From Chlamydiota bacterium (lineage in GTDB: Bacteria; Auribacterota; Tritonobacteria; UBA1439): a stretch of 64,000 nucleotides of DNA. Shown here in pieces: positions 19,519 through 28,305 of the stretch; position 1 is the first letter of the stretch; each line of letters begins with the position of its first letter. Both the position numbers and the translations under genes were made by a program. The notes under the pieces were generated by a model, which saw nothing but the letters and a program-made list of their open reading frames with translations, was not told where the DNA came from and ran no database searches. The DNA lies in the NCBI GenBank assembly GCA_012729785.1, contig JAAYCL010000044.1, positions 34,752-98,751 on the forward strand, read 5' to 3'.

Positions 19519-21687
19519 ATGAACACGACAGCGAGAAGACACGCATGCCTCCTCCTCCTCCTCGTTCTGGTGGTGCTGTGCCATGCCCTCTGCAATTGGC
19601 GCTACCTCGCCGGCGATCTCTATCCCCAGCAGAAGGACGTTGCGGCGCACCTCAAGGTGTGCACGAAGTATCTCCTCCAGTCGAGGGACGCGATCCGCAG
19701 CGGCGCACCCCTGCTGGAGCGCTTCACGAGACTCGCCTCGCTCTTCCACCAGGAGAGCATACCGGTGGAGCACATATGGATTTGGCCCCGTCTTACCTAC
19801 GTGGTGACCGCGCCAGCTGCGGCCATCTGGGGTCTGACGCCGCGGGTGATCATCCTCTCGAACATCGTCTGGCTTGCGGTACTGCTCCTGTCGGTTTTCT
19901 CCATCGGATCGCGGTGCATGAGCCCCGAAGCGGGATTCATGGCGGCGCTCATCACCTCGTTGTTTCCCGCGACCTACGGCCTCTCAAGGAATTACGGTCT
20001 CGACTTCTCCCTGATGGGGATTGCCGCGCTCGCCGTCTACTGGCTTATCAGGACGGAGGCCTTTTCCCGGAGGGCTCCGTCGATCGTCTTCGGTTGCGTG
20101 TTCGGCATCGGGCTTCTGGTGAAGGTGCAGCTTCTCATCTTCCTCTGCGGCCCGCTCCTCTTCGCGCTCGTGTGCGGGTGGCGTCGGTCGCGCGATCGGG
20201 GGATCACCGCCGGGAGGGTGTTCGCGAACGTCGCGCTCGCGGGTCTCGCCGCGCTGCTTCTCTCGATTCCATTCTGGTGGGGAAACATCGACAACATCGC
20301 GGCGGTGTTCATCCGGCACGCCGAGGCGCGCGACGGCATCGACCCGCACCACCTCTCCGTGCCCGTGATGAGCGCCCGATACTTCGCATACTACCTCGTG
20401 GCGGCGATCGTCTACGTTTCGCCGCCGCTGTTCGCGCTCGGGGTTCTGCTCCTCCCGGTGTTCATCCTCTCCCGCTTCAAGGCGAGGGCGGTCGTACTCC
20501 TCTGGGCTCTTGTGCCGTACGCGATGTTCACCCTCATCGAGTTGAAGTACTCCGTATTCTATCTGTCGAGCCTCCCCGCGGTCGGCGTGGTCATCGGTGC
20601 GGGGCTCGCGTCCCTCAGGACGAGGGCGCTGAAGTACTTTCTGTGTGCCGCCGCCGCTGGGTGGGGCCTCATCCACTTTCTGCAACTCTCGTTCGCCGTT
20701 GGCCCTCCGCCATACAGAGGTTGCAGGCCGTATTCGAGCGATGCTTTGCGTGCGGACGGCTACCCCGTTTGGGCGCACCCGGCCTTCCCCAACAACCTGG
20801 AGAGGGTCGCGCGGAGGTTTATCGAAGAGATCGGCTCCCACGAACGAGGGAACAGGTATGTGCGGATCGGCGTCTGCGAATTCGAGTATTCGAACAAGGA
20901 TTACCTGCTCGTCGACTCGCTCGAATACTTCATGGAGTCGGTGAATCCCGCTGTCTATGTGTTCCGGAGCCACTTTTCAACCGACTCGTTCCTGGAGTGC
21001 ATGGACAGTTTCAACTACCTCGTTGTCCTGGAGGAGGGAGACAAGCCTATGCCGGACTTCCGGCGGTTTGAGGAGTACTTCAGCAACGGCAGCGGCGCCT
21101 CTCTCTGCGCGAAGTATCTGAATGGTCCCGCGACCCTCGCGCGACTCATCGAGAGCTACCGAAGGTACGAACTCCTCGACCGCGAGCTATTGTACCCTGA
21201 CGGCGTCAGCGCGTTCCTGATGCGAAAGCCCCCCTTCCCCGTGGAGGACGACGCCGTCATCCCCGCCGCGCATCTGGTGAGCGCCAACGTCTTCATCGCC
21301 TGGCCCCGGATCGGCGTGGACGAACGGCTGCGGCGCCCTCCGACGATCGGCGACTACGACGTCCTCTTCCCGTACGACCTCGAGTTCCCGCTCGTGCCGC
21401 CCGCCCGCCGGGACCCGTCCGAGCCCTACTTCGCCCGGTACCGCCTCTCCTTTGAGCGGGGAGGGACGTACGCGCTTTCCATCAAACTCAAGGATCGGGA
21501 GGCGTCGCCTCCTCGTGCCTCCGTGAACGGGAAGCCCGTCATCGGACGCCATCCGCGGGAAGCGAACGGCGGGATGAAGCGCATCGGATCGTTCCGCGTT
21601 CAGGCGGGGGTGGGCGAGGTGGAGCTCCTCGGGGACGAGTATTTTTCCGTCACAGAGCAGCTTCGAATCACGAGGGAGGGGGAGTAG
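19519..21687 (+). CDS. Polytopic membrane protein with large C-terminal soluble domain (GT-C-like)
   Basis: 722 aa. The ATG overlaps the previous stop (TAGTATG). About 11 TM helices in the first 400 aa. Confidence 0.7.
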   Translation: MNTTARRHACLLLLLVLVVLCHALCNWRYLAGDLYPQQKDVAAHLKVCTKYLLQSRDAIRSGAPLLERFTRLASLFHQESIPVEHIWIWPRLTYVVTAPAAAIWGLTPRVIILSNIVWLAVLLLSVFSIGSRCMSPEAGFMAALITSLFPATYGLSRNYGLDFSLMGIAALAVYWLIRTEAFSRRAPSIVFGCVFGIGLLVKVQLLIFLCGPLLFALVCGWRRSRDRGITAGRVFANVALAGLAALLLSIPFWWGNIDNIAAVFIRHAEARDGIDPHHLSVPVMSARYFAYYLVAAIVYVSPPLFALGVLLLPVFILSRFKARAVVLLWALVPYAMFTLIELKYSVFYLSSLPAVGVVIGAGLASLRTRALKYFLCAAAAGWGLIHFLQLSFAVGPPPYRGCRPYSSDALRADGYPVWAHPAFPNNLERVARRFIEEIGSHERGNRYVRIGVCEFEYSNKDYLLVDSLEYFMESVNPAVYVFRSHFSTDSFLECMDSFNYLVVLEEGDKPMPDFRRFEEYFSNGSGASLCAKYLNGPATLARLIESYRRYELLDRELLYPDGVSAFLMRKPPFPVEDDAVIPAAHLVSANVFIAWPRIGVDERLRRPPTIGDYDVLFPYDLEFPLVPPARRDPSEPYFARYRLSFERGGTYALSIKLKDREASPPRASVNGKPVIGRHPREANGGMKRIGSFRVQAGVGEVELLGDEYFSVTEQLRITREGE

Positions 21688-21723
21688 TTCCCGGCGATCC
21701 GCCTGTGGGGGTATGGCGCACGA

Positions 21724-23376
21724 TCACTGGCTTCCCTGCCGCGGCGGGTTCATGATCCTCTCGGAGTATTCGATGCACCTCTGCCGCCACCGCTCAAGCT
21801 CTCCCATCTCATCGGCTGGATCGAACGTCCGCTCGCGTTCCTCCGGCGTGGGAAGGTCGAGGTCCGCGGGCGTCATGAGAGGGTAGCGCCGCCGGTAGTC
21901 GGTATAGAGGCCGGGGTCGCATGCTGTGGAGAGATCCTTTCTGAACTGGCGCAGCACCGCCTCCCGCTGCGCGACGAGCGGGCCGGGAGCGAACGGTTTC
22001 TGCGCGCGCCACATATCCGGTGCGCCGATGATGTAGGCGCGGAATGCCATCATCAGGTAGAAATTCCACAGCACGAGGATGACGACGGCCGCTCTCAGGG
22101 CGAGCCAAGCCGCCCTCCCGCGCCGCGCGAGCATGAAGACGACCGACAGGCCGTACGCGAACACGAACGTGTAGTCGGACTGGTACCGCGCGCCGAACGA
22201 ATTGCCCATGTGCCACCCCGGAAAGCAGCCCGAGAACCATACGTCCGCGAGAAGGATGTAGCAGCAGATCCACGGCCACGGCGACGCGCGCCCTTCCCGC
22301 CTGATCCCCAGGATCATTCCCGCCGTGGCGACCAGTGCGAGGGGCGTCCAGACGAAGAGCCCGCAGAGGGGACTGAACAGCACATGGAGGAAAAACTTTG
22401 AGTACGGGTACAGGGGTTCCCTGAAGCGCCCGTAGGTGTTGAGCAGCCACTCGCCGTACATGGACCGCCACACGAGCATTTGCGGGAGAAACCCGATGAT
22501 GTACCCCGCGCCGATGACGCCGAGGGAGGAGAGCGCGCTGGGCCGGAAGCCCCGCCCGATGCCCGTCCCTTCGCGCGCGCGCCGCCACCCCTCGTGGACA
22601 CACGCGATGAGGGGGACGGGCATGATCAGCAGATTGTTGAACCTGATCGAACAGCAGACCCCCCCGGAAATCCCGACCAGAAGCGGCAGGAGAGGGCGAA
22701 AGGTGCCCCCCGCGCGCCCTTTCAGGTCCTCGTGCCACCGGGCGCAGAGGAGGAGGTAGAGAGTGACCCCTGCGAACGAGATGACGTGCGTCCAGGCGTT
22801 CTGGAAGATGAGGTAGAAGCCGAGGGAGAGGCCGAGGACCGTGGCCGCCACCGCCGCGGCGGCGACCTTCGGGGGCCTTCCGAGCCGCCGGAGCAGTGCG
22901 TACCCGGCTGCGATCCCGGCGAACGACCAGGAGAGCATCCCGAGCTTGTACGCCCAGAGGTAGACCGCCGCGAACCGGTGCACCTCCGGGCCCCCGCACG
23001 ATTCGTAGAGCGACGCCGCAAGCCGGGCGGCGAGGAGGAACGGGAGGGTCAGGAGCGCGGTCCCGAAACCGACCTTCGAGTGCATCGGCATGTCGGGCTG
23101 GGCGAAATAGTCGCCGTAGTAGAGGCCGTTCATTAATTTCCCTACAGGGCCGAAGGCGATGAACCTGAACTGGTCGGTGAGGTCCGCGTCCCCGTCGAAC
23201 GCGAGCGAGTGGGCGAAGGCGTAGTAGAACGCCTCGTCCGACCACTGCAAAAACGGAACGACGACCTCCGCGTTGCGTCTCTCGAGGAAGTTGAGGAGGT
23301 CGATATGGGCGACGGCGGCAAAGAGGAGCGCGAGAACTACCCCCGCACCCCGTTTCTCCGTGAGCCAGCGGGCCAT
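21724..23376 (-). CDS. Polytopic membrane protein, PMT_2/GT-C-like
   Basis: Loop motif QWSDEAFYYAFAHSLAFDGD (DE..Y..A), then about 12 TM helices. Start set at MARW (23376) because the extended -10 TGcTATGAT encompasses the alternative ATG at 23409. The alternative start 23409 remains possible. Confidence 0.6.
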   Translation of the reverse strand: MARWLTEKRGAGVVLALLFAAVAHIDLLNFLERRNAEVVVPFLQWSDEAFYYAFAHSLAFDGDADLTDQFRFIAFGPVGKLMNGLYYGDYFAQPDMPMHSKVGFGTALLTLPFLLAARLAASLYESCGGPEVHRFAAVYLWAYKLGMLSWSFAGIAAGYALLRRLGRPPKVAAAAVAATVLGLSLGFYLIFQNAWTHVISFAGVTLYLLLCARWHEDLKGRAGGTFRPLLPLLVGISGGVCCSIRFNNLLIMPVPLIACVHEGWRRAREGTGIGRGFRPSALSSLGVIGAGYIIGFLPQMLVWRSMYGEWLLNTYGRFREPLYPYSKFFLHVLFSPLCGLFVWTPLALVATAGMILGIRREGRASPWPWICCYILLADVWFSGCFPGWHMGNSFGARYQSDYTFVFAYGLSVVFMLARRGRAAWLALRAAVVILVLWNFYLMMAFRAYIIGAPDMWRAQKPFAPGPLVAQREAVLRQFRKDLSTACDPGLYTDYRRRYPLMTPADLDLPTPEERERTFDPADEMGELERWRQRCIEYSERIMNPPRQGSQ

Positions 23377-23404
23377 GATGTCCAATCCCCTAAGGCAGGG
23401 CCTT

Positions 23405-23413
23405 ATCATAGCA
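23405..23413 (-). promoter_or_regulatory. Candidate extended -10 (TGcTATGAT on minus strand) for the 21724..23376 gene
   Basis: Revcomp of 23405-23413 is TGCTATGAT. It lies ~29 nt upstream of ATG 23376, with AGGGGATT RBS-like sequence in between. Confidence 0.3.
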
Positions 23414-23465
23414 CACAGCCGGTGCTACATTAAGGGCCGGGTCAATGGCTGCGGTTGCGGCCCGA

Positions 23466-23474
23466 TGGTATACT
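23466..23474 (+). promoter_or_regulatory. Candidate extended -10 (TGgTATACT) giving a leaderless or short-leader transcript of the ARH-family gene
   Basis: The -10 ends 6 nt before ATG 23481. Confidence 0.3.
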
Positions 23475-23480
23475 GTTCGC

Positions 23481-25682
23481 ATGAGACGGTCCACGCGTGT
23501 GCTCTGCCTCCTCCTGTTCGTCGGGGGTTTTCTCGCCGCGCCCCCTCCCACCGGATGCGCCGGCGCGAAAACGTTCTCCATCTCCAGGTCCGACTATCTC
23601 GAGAAGGTGCACGGCTGGTGGATGGGGAAGCTGATCGGCGTGACGCTCGGGGGGCCGTTCGAGTTCCGCATGCCCTGGCCGCCGAAGGAGGTCACGGGCT
23701 ACGTCTTCGACGCCCCCGTAGCCGATTACTTCGGCGACAACGACGACCTGTACGTCGGCATGGCGTACCTGCTCGCCCTCGATCGGCACGGGGCCGGGGT
23801 GACGCAGGTACAGATGGCAGCCGAGTTTTTCCGCCGTCTGGAGCCGCGACGCCTCTGGATGGCGAATCAGCGCGCGTATATGAACCTCGCCGCCGGGCTC
23901 GCCCCTCCGAAGACCGGCCACCCGGTTTTCAACGAATGCTCCTGGGCAATCGACGCGCAGATAGAAAACGACGTCTGGGGCGTCGTCTGTCCCGGGATGA
24001 TCGACACCGCCTGCCGTTATGCCGACCTCGCCGCGCATGTCACCAACCACGCCGACGGGGCGTACGGCGGTCTCTTCACGGCGGCACTGGCGAGCGGCGC
24101 CTTCGCGGAACGCGATGTCGAAACGCTCGTCGAAACGGCGCTCGCGAAACTGCCCCCCTCCTGCGACTACGCGGAGGCCGTGCGGGACGTCATCGCATGG
24201 CATCGGGAGGAACCCGGCGACTGGAAGAAGACGCGGGAGCGGATCCGGAGTAAGTGGCAGGTGGAGAGGGGGCACAGGGACGAGTCGGCGGTGGTCAACG
24301 GCGCGGCCGTCGTGACGGCGCTGCTCTATGGCGGCGGTGATTTCGATACAACCGTCAGGATAGGGACAATGGCGGGGTGGGATACCGATTGCAACGCGGC
24401 GTCGGCGGGGGGGATCCTCGGGATCATCCTCGGTGCCAAAGGGATCCCGCCACAATGGAACATCTTCCACGACCGCTACAAGAATATCTCGCTTCGAAAC
24501 CTCCCGATGTGGATGACGATCACGGGGCTCGCCGAGTGGACCGCCGCGCTCGGGGAGAGGACGATTGCCGCGCACGGCGGGCGGCTCGACGGCGACCGCC
24601 TCGTGATCCCGCGGAGGAAGCCGGCCACCCCGTGTGCGGCGGGGACGTCCGTGCCCGGCGGTCCGCGCCGGGATGAGGAGTGGAATCCCCTCCGCGTCGA
24701 GAAGCTCGCGCTCGACCTTCGGCTCTGGAATCCCGATCTGGATCTTTGGAACTGCATCGCCGACGGGACGACGGGTCTGAGCCGGGAGTTCAAGGGGAAA
24801 CGGCACGTCTTCAGGACGGTCCCGGGCCCGACGCAGGGGCCGTGCGTGCTGATCTTTCCGGACGTCGCCCCTCCAGATGGGCGAGAGGAGATTTTGCTGG
24901 AGATCTCCGCGTGCAGCGGCGACGCCCCCTGGGACCTCTCCGTGGCGGCGGGGGAGAGGGAATTGGGGCGCGTCAGAGTGGGGAAGGAAGCCCCGGCGGG
25001 GTTTCGGGCGACCACGATTGTGCCGCGCCGCGGCGAGGATATCATCCTGTACCCGGCGGAGGACGGCTCCACCTACCTCGACCAGAAGCTCACCCGCCTC
25101 GCCCAGCCGTCGCCGTCATTCAACCCGGCGGCGAAACCCGTCCCGCTCCGCATCCGCTCCGCGCAGAACAATGTGAACCTCTTCAGATATGGCGGGAAGT
25201 GCCCTCCGGGCAAGCCCGAGATACGCGCGTACTACATCCTCACGGAGTGGACGGACAGCCCCTATCCCGTCGCCTGGCTCTCCCCCGGCGACCCACATCC
25301 GTACGGCTGCTACTGGCCGAAGGAACACGTCCCCGACCTCCCCCTCCAGGAGCCCAAGCAGATCAAGTTGAGGATACAGGCCGAAGAGGAACTTCCCGCC
25401 ATACCCGAGGGGGGAAAGTTCGTCCTCGTGCACGATGAGGGCAACGCGACGGTGATCTCGCTTCCGCGGGTATCCACGAAGCCGACGCCGTGGCACCGGC
25501 TGCGCTTCGATCTCACGCCGTACCTGGCGTTGCGGCCGCGGGTCGAGGTCCGGAGCACGCCGGCCGTCGGGGAAGGGAGGGGGGAGGCGTTCTGGGAGTA
25601 CGTCAGGATTGTCAGGAGGCCCGTCTCCACCGTGGACGGCGGCGCAAACGGTCAAACCCCTTCCGACCGCCGGCAGAGGTAG
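23481..25682 (+). CDS. ADP-ribosylglycohydrolase-family protein (secreted/lipoprotein) with ~350-aa C-terminal extension
   Basis: Signal peptide with possible lipobox (LLFVGGFLAAPPPTGC). The ARH signature GWDTDCNAASAGGILG and a GDNDDLY acidic cluster are present. Confidence 0.75.
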   Translation: MRRSTRVLCLLLFVGGFLAAPPPTGCAGAKTFSISRSDYLEKVHGWWMGKLIGVTLGGPFEFRMPWPPKEVTGYVFDAPVADYFGDNDDLYVGMAYLLALDRHGAGVTQVQMAAEFFRRLEPRRLWMANQRAYMNLAAGLAPPKTGHPVFNECSWAIDAQIENDVWGVVCPGMIDTACRYADLAAHVTNHADGAYGGLFTAALASGAFAERDVETLVETALAKLPPSCDYAEAVRDVIAWHREEPGDWKKTRERIRSKWQVERGHRDESAVVNGAAVVTALLYGGGDFDTTVRIGTMAGWDTDCNAASAGGILGIILGAKGIPPQWNIFHDRYKNISLRNLPMWMTITGLAEWTAALGERTIAAHGGRLDGDRLVIPRRKPATPCAAGTSVPGGPRRDEEWNPLRVEKLALDLRLWNPDLDLWNCIADGTTGLSREFKGKRHVFRTVPGPTQGPCVLIFPDVAPPDGREEILLEISACSGDAPWDLSVAAGERELGRVRVGKEAPAGFRATTIVPRRGEDIILYPAEDGSTYLDQKLTRLAQPSPSFNPAAKPVPLRIRSAQNNVNLFRYGGKCPPGKPEIRAYYILTEWTDSPYPVAWLSPGDPHPYGCYWPKEHVPDLPLQEPKQIKLRIQAEEELPAIPEGGKFVLVHDEGNATVISLPRVSTKPTPWHRLRFDLTPYLALRPRVEVRSTPAVGEGRGEAFWEYVRIVRRPVSTVDGGANGQTPSDRRQR

Positions 25683-26746
25683 CAGACGCCGGCCCTCTCC
25701 CCGATCTGCGCGAGCCGTGCCCGGGTGCAGATCGCACGCGCGCTCGTGTAGAAGTCGTTGTTCCAGATGGCGCCGAAGCGCTCCTTCCGAAGATCGCCGA
25801 AGACGGCCTGCGGAAAGTTCGGGTAGTAGCAGCAGGGCGAGACGCTCCCGTCGCAGTTGATCGACGCCGATCGGTACAGCCAGGGACAGACCCGTTTGGC
25901 CCGCTCCGCGCGCAGGTCGACGCCCGCCTCCAGGTCATACTGGCGGTAGCGGGGGATCGTGGAGACCCACTTCTCGAGCAGGTCCCTCCTCGACGGATCG
26001 ATGTTCCCGACGGGGGTGAAGGTCAGGTAATCCACCCCGATCTCCCGCGCCGTTTTTCGGGCAAGGTCGATCTGGTGTTCGTTGTGCCGCATCACGATGA
26101 ACTTCCACTCCACCAGCGGCGCGCGGCGGCGGAGCCGCCGCTTCTTCTCCACGATCCGCACGATGTTCTCCCTGACGAGCCCGAAGTCCCCGCCGACGCG
26201 AAACTCCGCGTACGCCTGCTGATCCGCCCCGTCGAGCGAGACCTCCAGGTAGTCGAGGCCCGACTCGACGACCTCCTCCGCGAAGCCGTCCTTTGCGATG
26301 TTCAGGTTGGAGCTGATCATGGTGCCGAGGTTTCGTTCCCGCGCGTACCGTATCATCCGAAAGATGTCCGCGGCGAGGAACGGTTCCCCCTGCCCGTAGA
26401 GAAGGACGCAGAAGAGAAAGGGGGCGAGCTCGTCGATGAGCTGCGCGTACAGGTCGAACGGCATCGAGCCGAGCACCGCCTTCTCCGCGCCCTTCACCTG
26501 GCAGTAGCCGGTGACCTGGGGGCAGAGCGGGCAGCGCAGATTGCAGCGGTTCGTCGGCTCCACCTTGATGAAGTACGGGAGACCGCGGAGCGTGCGCCTC
26601 CGCAGCAGCATCTCCGCCTCCACGAGGGCGATGTTGCGCAGCTTGGCGGGGGTCATGTGGCGCAGCGCGAGCCGGAGGAGGACCTTCAGCTTCCGCACGT
26701 CCTCCTGGACGTTCAACTGCACCGGATTCAATCGGTGTATCCGCAT
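25652..26746 (-). CDS. Radical SAM / SPASM-domain protein
   Basis: CxxxCxxC (EPTNRCNLRCPLC). SPASM-like C-terminus CPWLYRSASINCDGSVSPCC...CTRARLAQ...CYLC. Confidence 0.85.
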   Translation of the reverse strand: MRIHRLNPVQLNVQEDVRKLKVLLRLALRHMTPAKLRNIALVEAEMLLRRRTLRGLPYFIKVEPTNRCNLRCPLCPQVTGYCQVKGAEKAVLGSMPFDLYAQLIDELAPFLFCVLLYGQGEPFLAADIFRMIRYARERNLGTMISSNLNIAKDGFAEEVVESGLDYLEVSLDGADQQAYAEFRVGGDFGLVRENIVRIVEKKRRLRRRAPLVEWKFIVMRHNEHQIDLARKTAREIGVDYLTFTPVGNIDPSRRDLLEKWVSTIPRYRQYDLEAGVDLRAERAKRVCPWLYRSASINCDGSVSPCCYYPNFPQAVFGDLRKERFGAIWNNDFYTSARAICTRARLAQIGERAGVCYLCRRSEGV

Positions 26747-26770
26747 GGGGCGTGCCCGGCGCCGTCCGCC

Positions 26771-28186
26771 TTAGATCCTTCGCAGGTAGAGGAGGCCCTT
26801 CAGGAGGACGACGATGTCGTTGAGCGATCGGATCCGGCGGATCGAGCGCCAGATGTAGCGGGGGCGGATGTAGAAGCGGCGGTACGCCCGACGGTACATT
26901 CTTCGCGCGTCCGCGGCCGTGAAGCCATCGGTCTCGTAGTGGGGCGTCGCGCCGAGAAAATCGAGCTTCGTGACGTCATCGCCGATGAGCGACCGGCCGT
27001 GTTTCTTCACCCACGTCCAGAGCGCCGTTCCCGGGAGCGGCGTGCTCATGGTGAACTGCGCGTAGGTCGGGTCGAGCCGTATGGCGAAGTCGATGGTTTT
27101 GCGCATCGTCTCGACCGTGTCGAACGGGTGGCCGATCATGAAGAAGCCGATCGTCTCCATCCCCGCCCTCTTCGCCGCGGCGAAGGCCCGTTCGACCTGC
27201 GCCGTGGTGATCTCCTTGCCGATTTTCCTGAGGACCTCGTCGTCCCCGGACTCGATGCCGAAGGCGACCTCGTAGCAGCCCGCCCGCTTCATCATTTTCA
27301 GCAGCTCGTCGTCGATGAGGTCCACGCGCGTCCCGTTCCCGAGACGCCAGGCGAAACGGAGGCCGCTCGCGGACACGCGGTCGCAGAATTCCGCGACCCG
27401 GTTCCGGTCCAGCGTGAAGGCGTCGTCCAGGATCGATATCTCCTCCACCCTGAAGCGCTCCACGAGCTCCCGCACCTCCCCCATGACGTTGTCCATGCTC
27501 CGGTACCGGAGGTTCCTGCCGAAGGGGCGGAAGCAGAACATGCACTTGCCGGGACATCCCCTGCTCGTCACGAGCGTGGCAAAACGCTTCCTCCCGGTGT
27601 GGATCGTCTGATAGCGGTCGAGGGGGAGGAGGTGACGGGCCGGGAACGGGATCGAATCCAGGTCGCGGATGAGCGGCCGGTCGGGGGTGTGCACGACCTC
27701 CCCCTTGTCCCTGAAGGAGATGCCCGGGACATCGCGCCAGCCCGCCGTTCCCCGCCCCAGACGCGCCATCAGATCCAGGATGGTCTCCTCTCCCTCGCCG
27801 CGCACGCATATATCCGCCCCTCCGCGCTCGAGCGCCTCCTCGGGGGCGATCGTGGGGTGCGGGCCTCCGAAGATGAGGAGCGGCGGGCGGGGGAGGGCCT
27901 TCACGCCGTCGGCGAGTTCGCGGGCCGCCGCGAGCATGGAGGTCATCATTGTGGCGCCGACGGCGGCGGGCTGTTTCTCTCGGACGACGGCGAGGATATC
28001 CTTCAGGGACATCCCGAGCCCGTTGGCGTCGAGGAGCTCGAACGGGATGCCGGATCGCTCGAGCACCGCGGCCACGTACGCCAGGCCCAGGGGCGCCTCG
28101 GCGCAGCCGGCGTGGTAGAACGGGATGTTAACGAGGAACAACCCCGGCGTGCCGCCTGCCGCAGCCCCGTGTCCGTTTCGGGTCAT
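26771..28186 (-). CDS. Cobalamin-binding (class B) radical SAM protein
   Basis: Start ATG 28186 (MTRNGHG...). B12-domain-like N-terminus GLAYVAAVLERSGIPFELLD. Radical SAM motif TSRGCPGKCMFC. Confidence 0.8.
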   Translation of the reverse strand: MTRNGHGAAAGGTPGLFLVNIPFYHAGCAEAPLGLAYVAAVLERSGIPFELLDANGLGMSLKDILAVVREKQPAAVGATMMTSMLAAARELADGVKALPRPPLLIFGGPHPTIAPEEALERGGADICVRGEGEETILDLMARLGRGTAGWRDVPGISFRDKGEVVHTPDRPLIRDLDSIPFPARHLLPLDRYQTIHTGRKRFATLVTSRGCPGKCMFCFRPFGRNLRYRSMDNVMGEVRELVERFRVEEISILDDAFTLDRNRVAEFCDRVSASGLRFAWRLGNGTRVDLIDDELLKMMKRAGCYEVAFGIESGDDEVLRKIGKEITTAQVERAFAAAKRAGMETIGFFMIGHPFDTVETMRKTIDFAIRLDPTYAQFTMSTPLPGTALWTWVKKHGRSLIGDDVTKLDFLGATPHYETDGFTAADARRMYRRAYRRFYIRPRYIWRSIRRIRSLNDIVVLLKGLLYLRRI

Positions 28187-28248
28187 GGAGAGTGCCTTCG
28201 CGACGTCGTTGGACAGCCATGGTATCCGCTTCGAACGCAATCCGCAAG

Positions 28249-28276
28249 TGCATTGTCCCGGCTTGCATTGTCCCGG
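28249..28276. repeat. Tandem direct repeat TGCATTGTCCCGG x2 (3-nt spacer) in the 5' region of the minus-strand B12-rSAM gene
   Basis: Read directly: copies at 28249-28261 and 28264-28276. Confidence 0.6.
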
Positions 28277-28305
28277 GTCGACGCATCCCCATCGATGGGA
28301 ACTGC

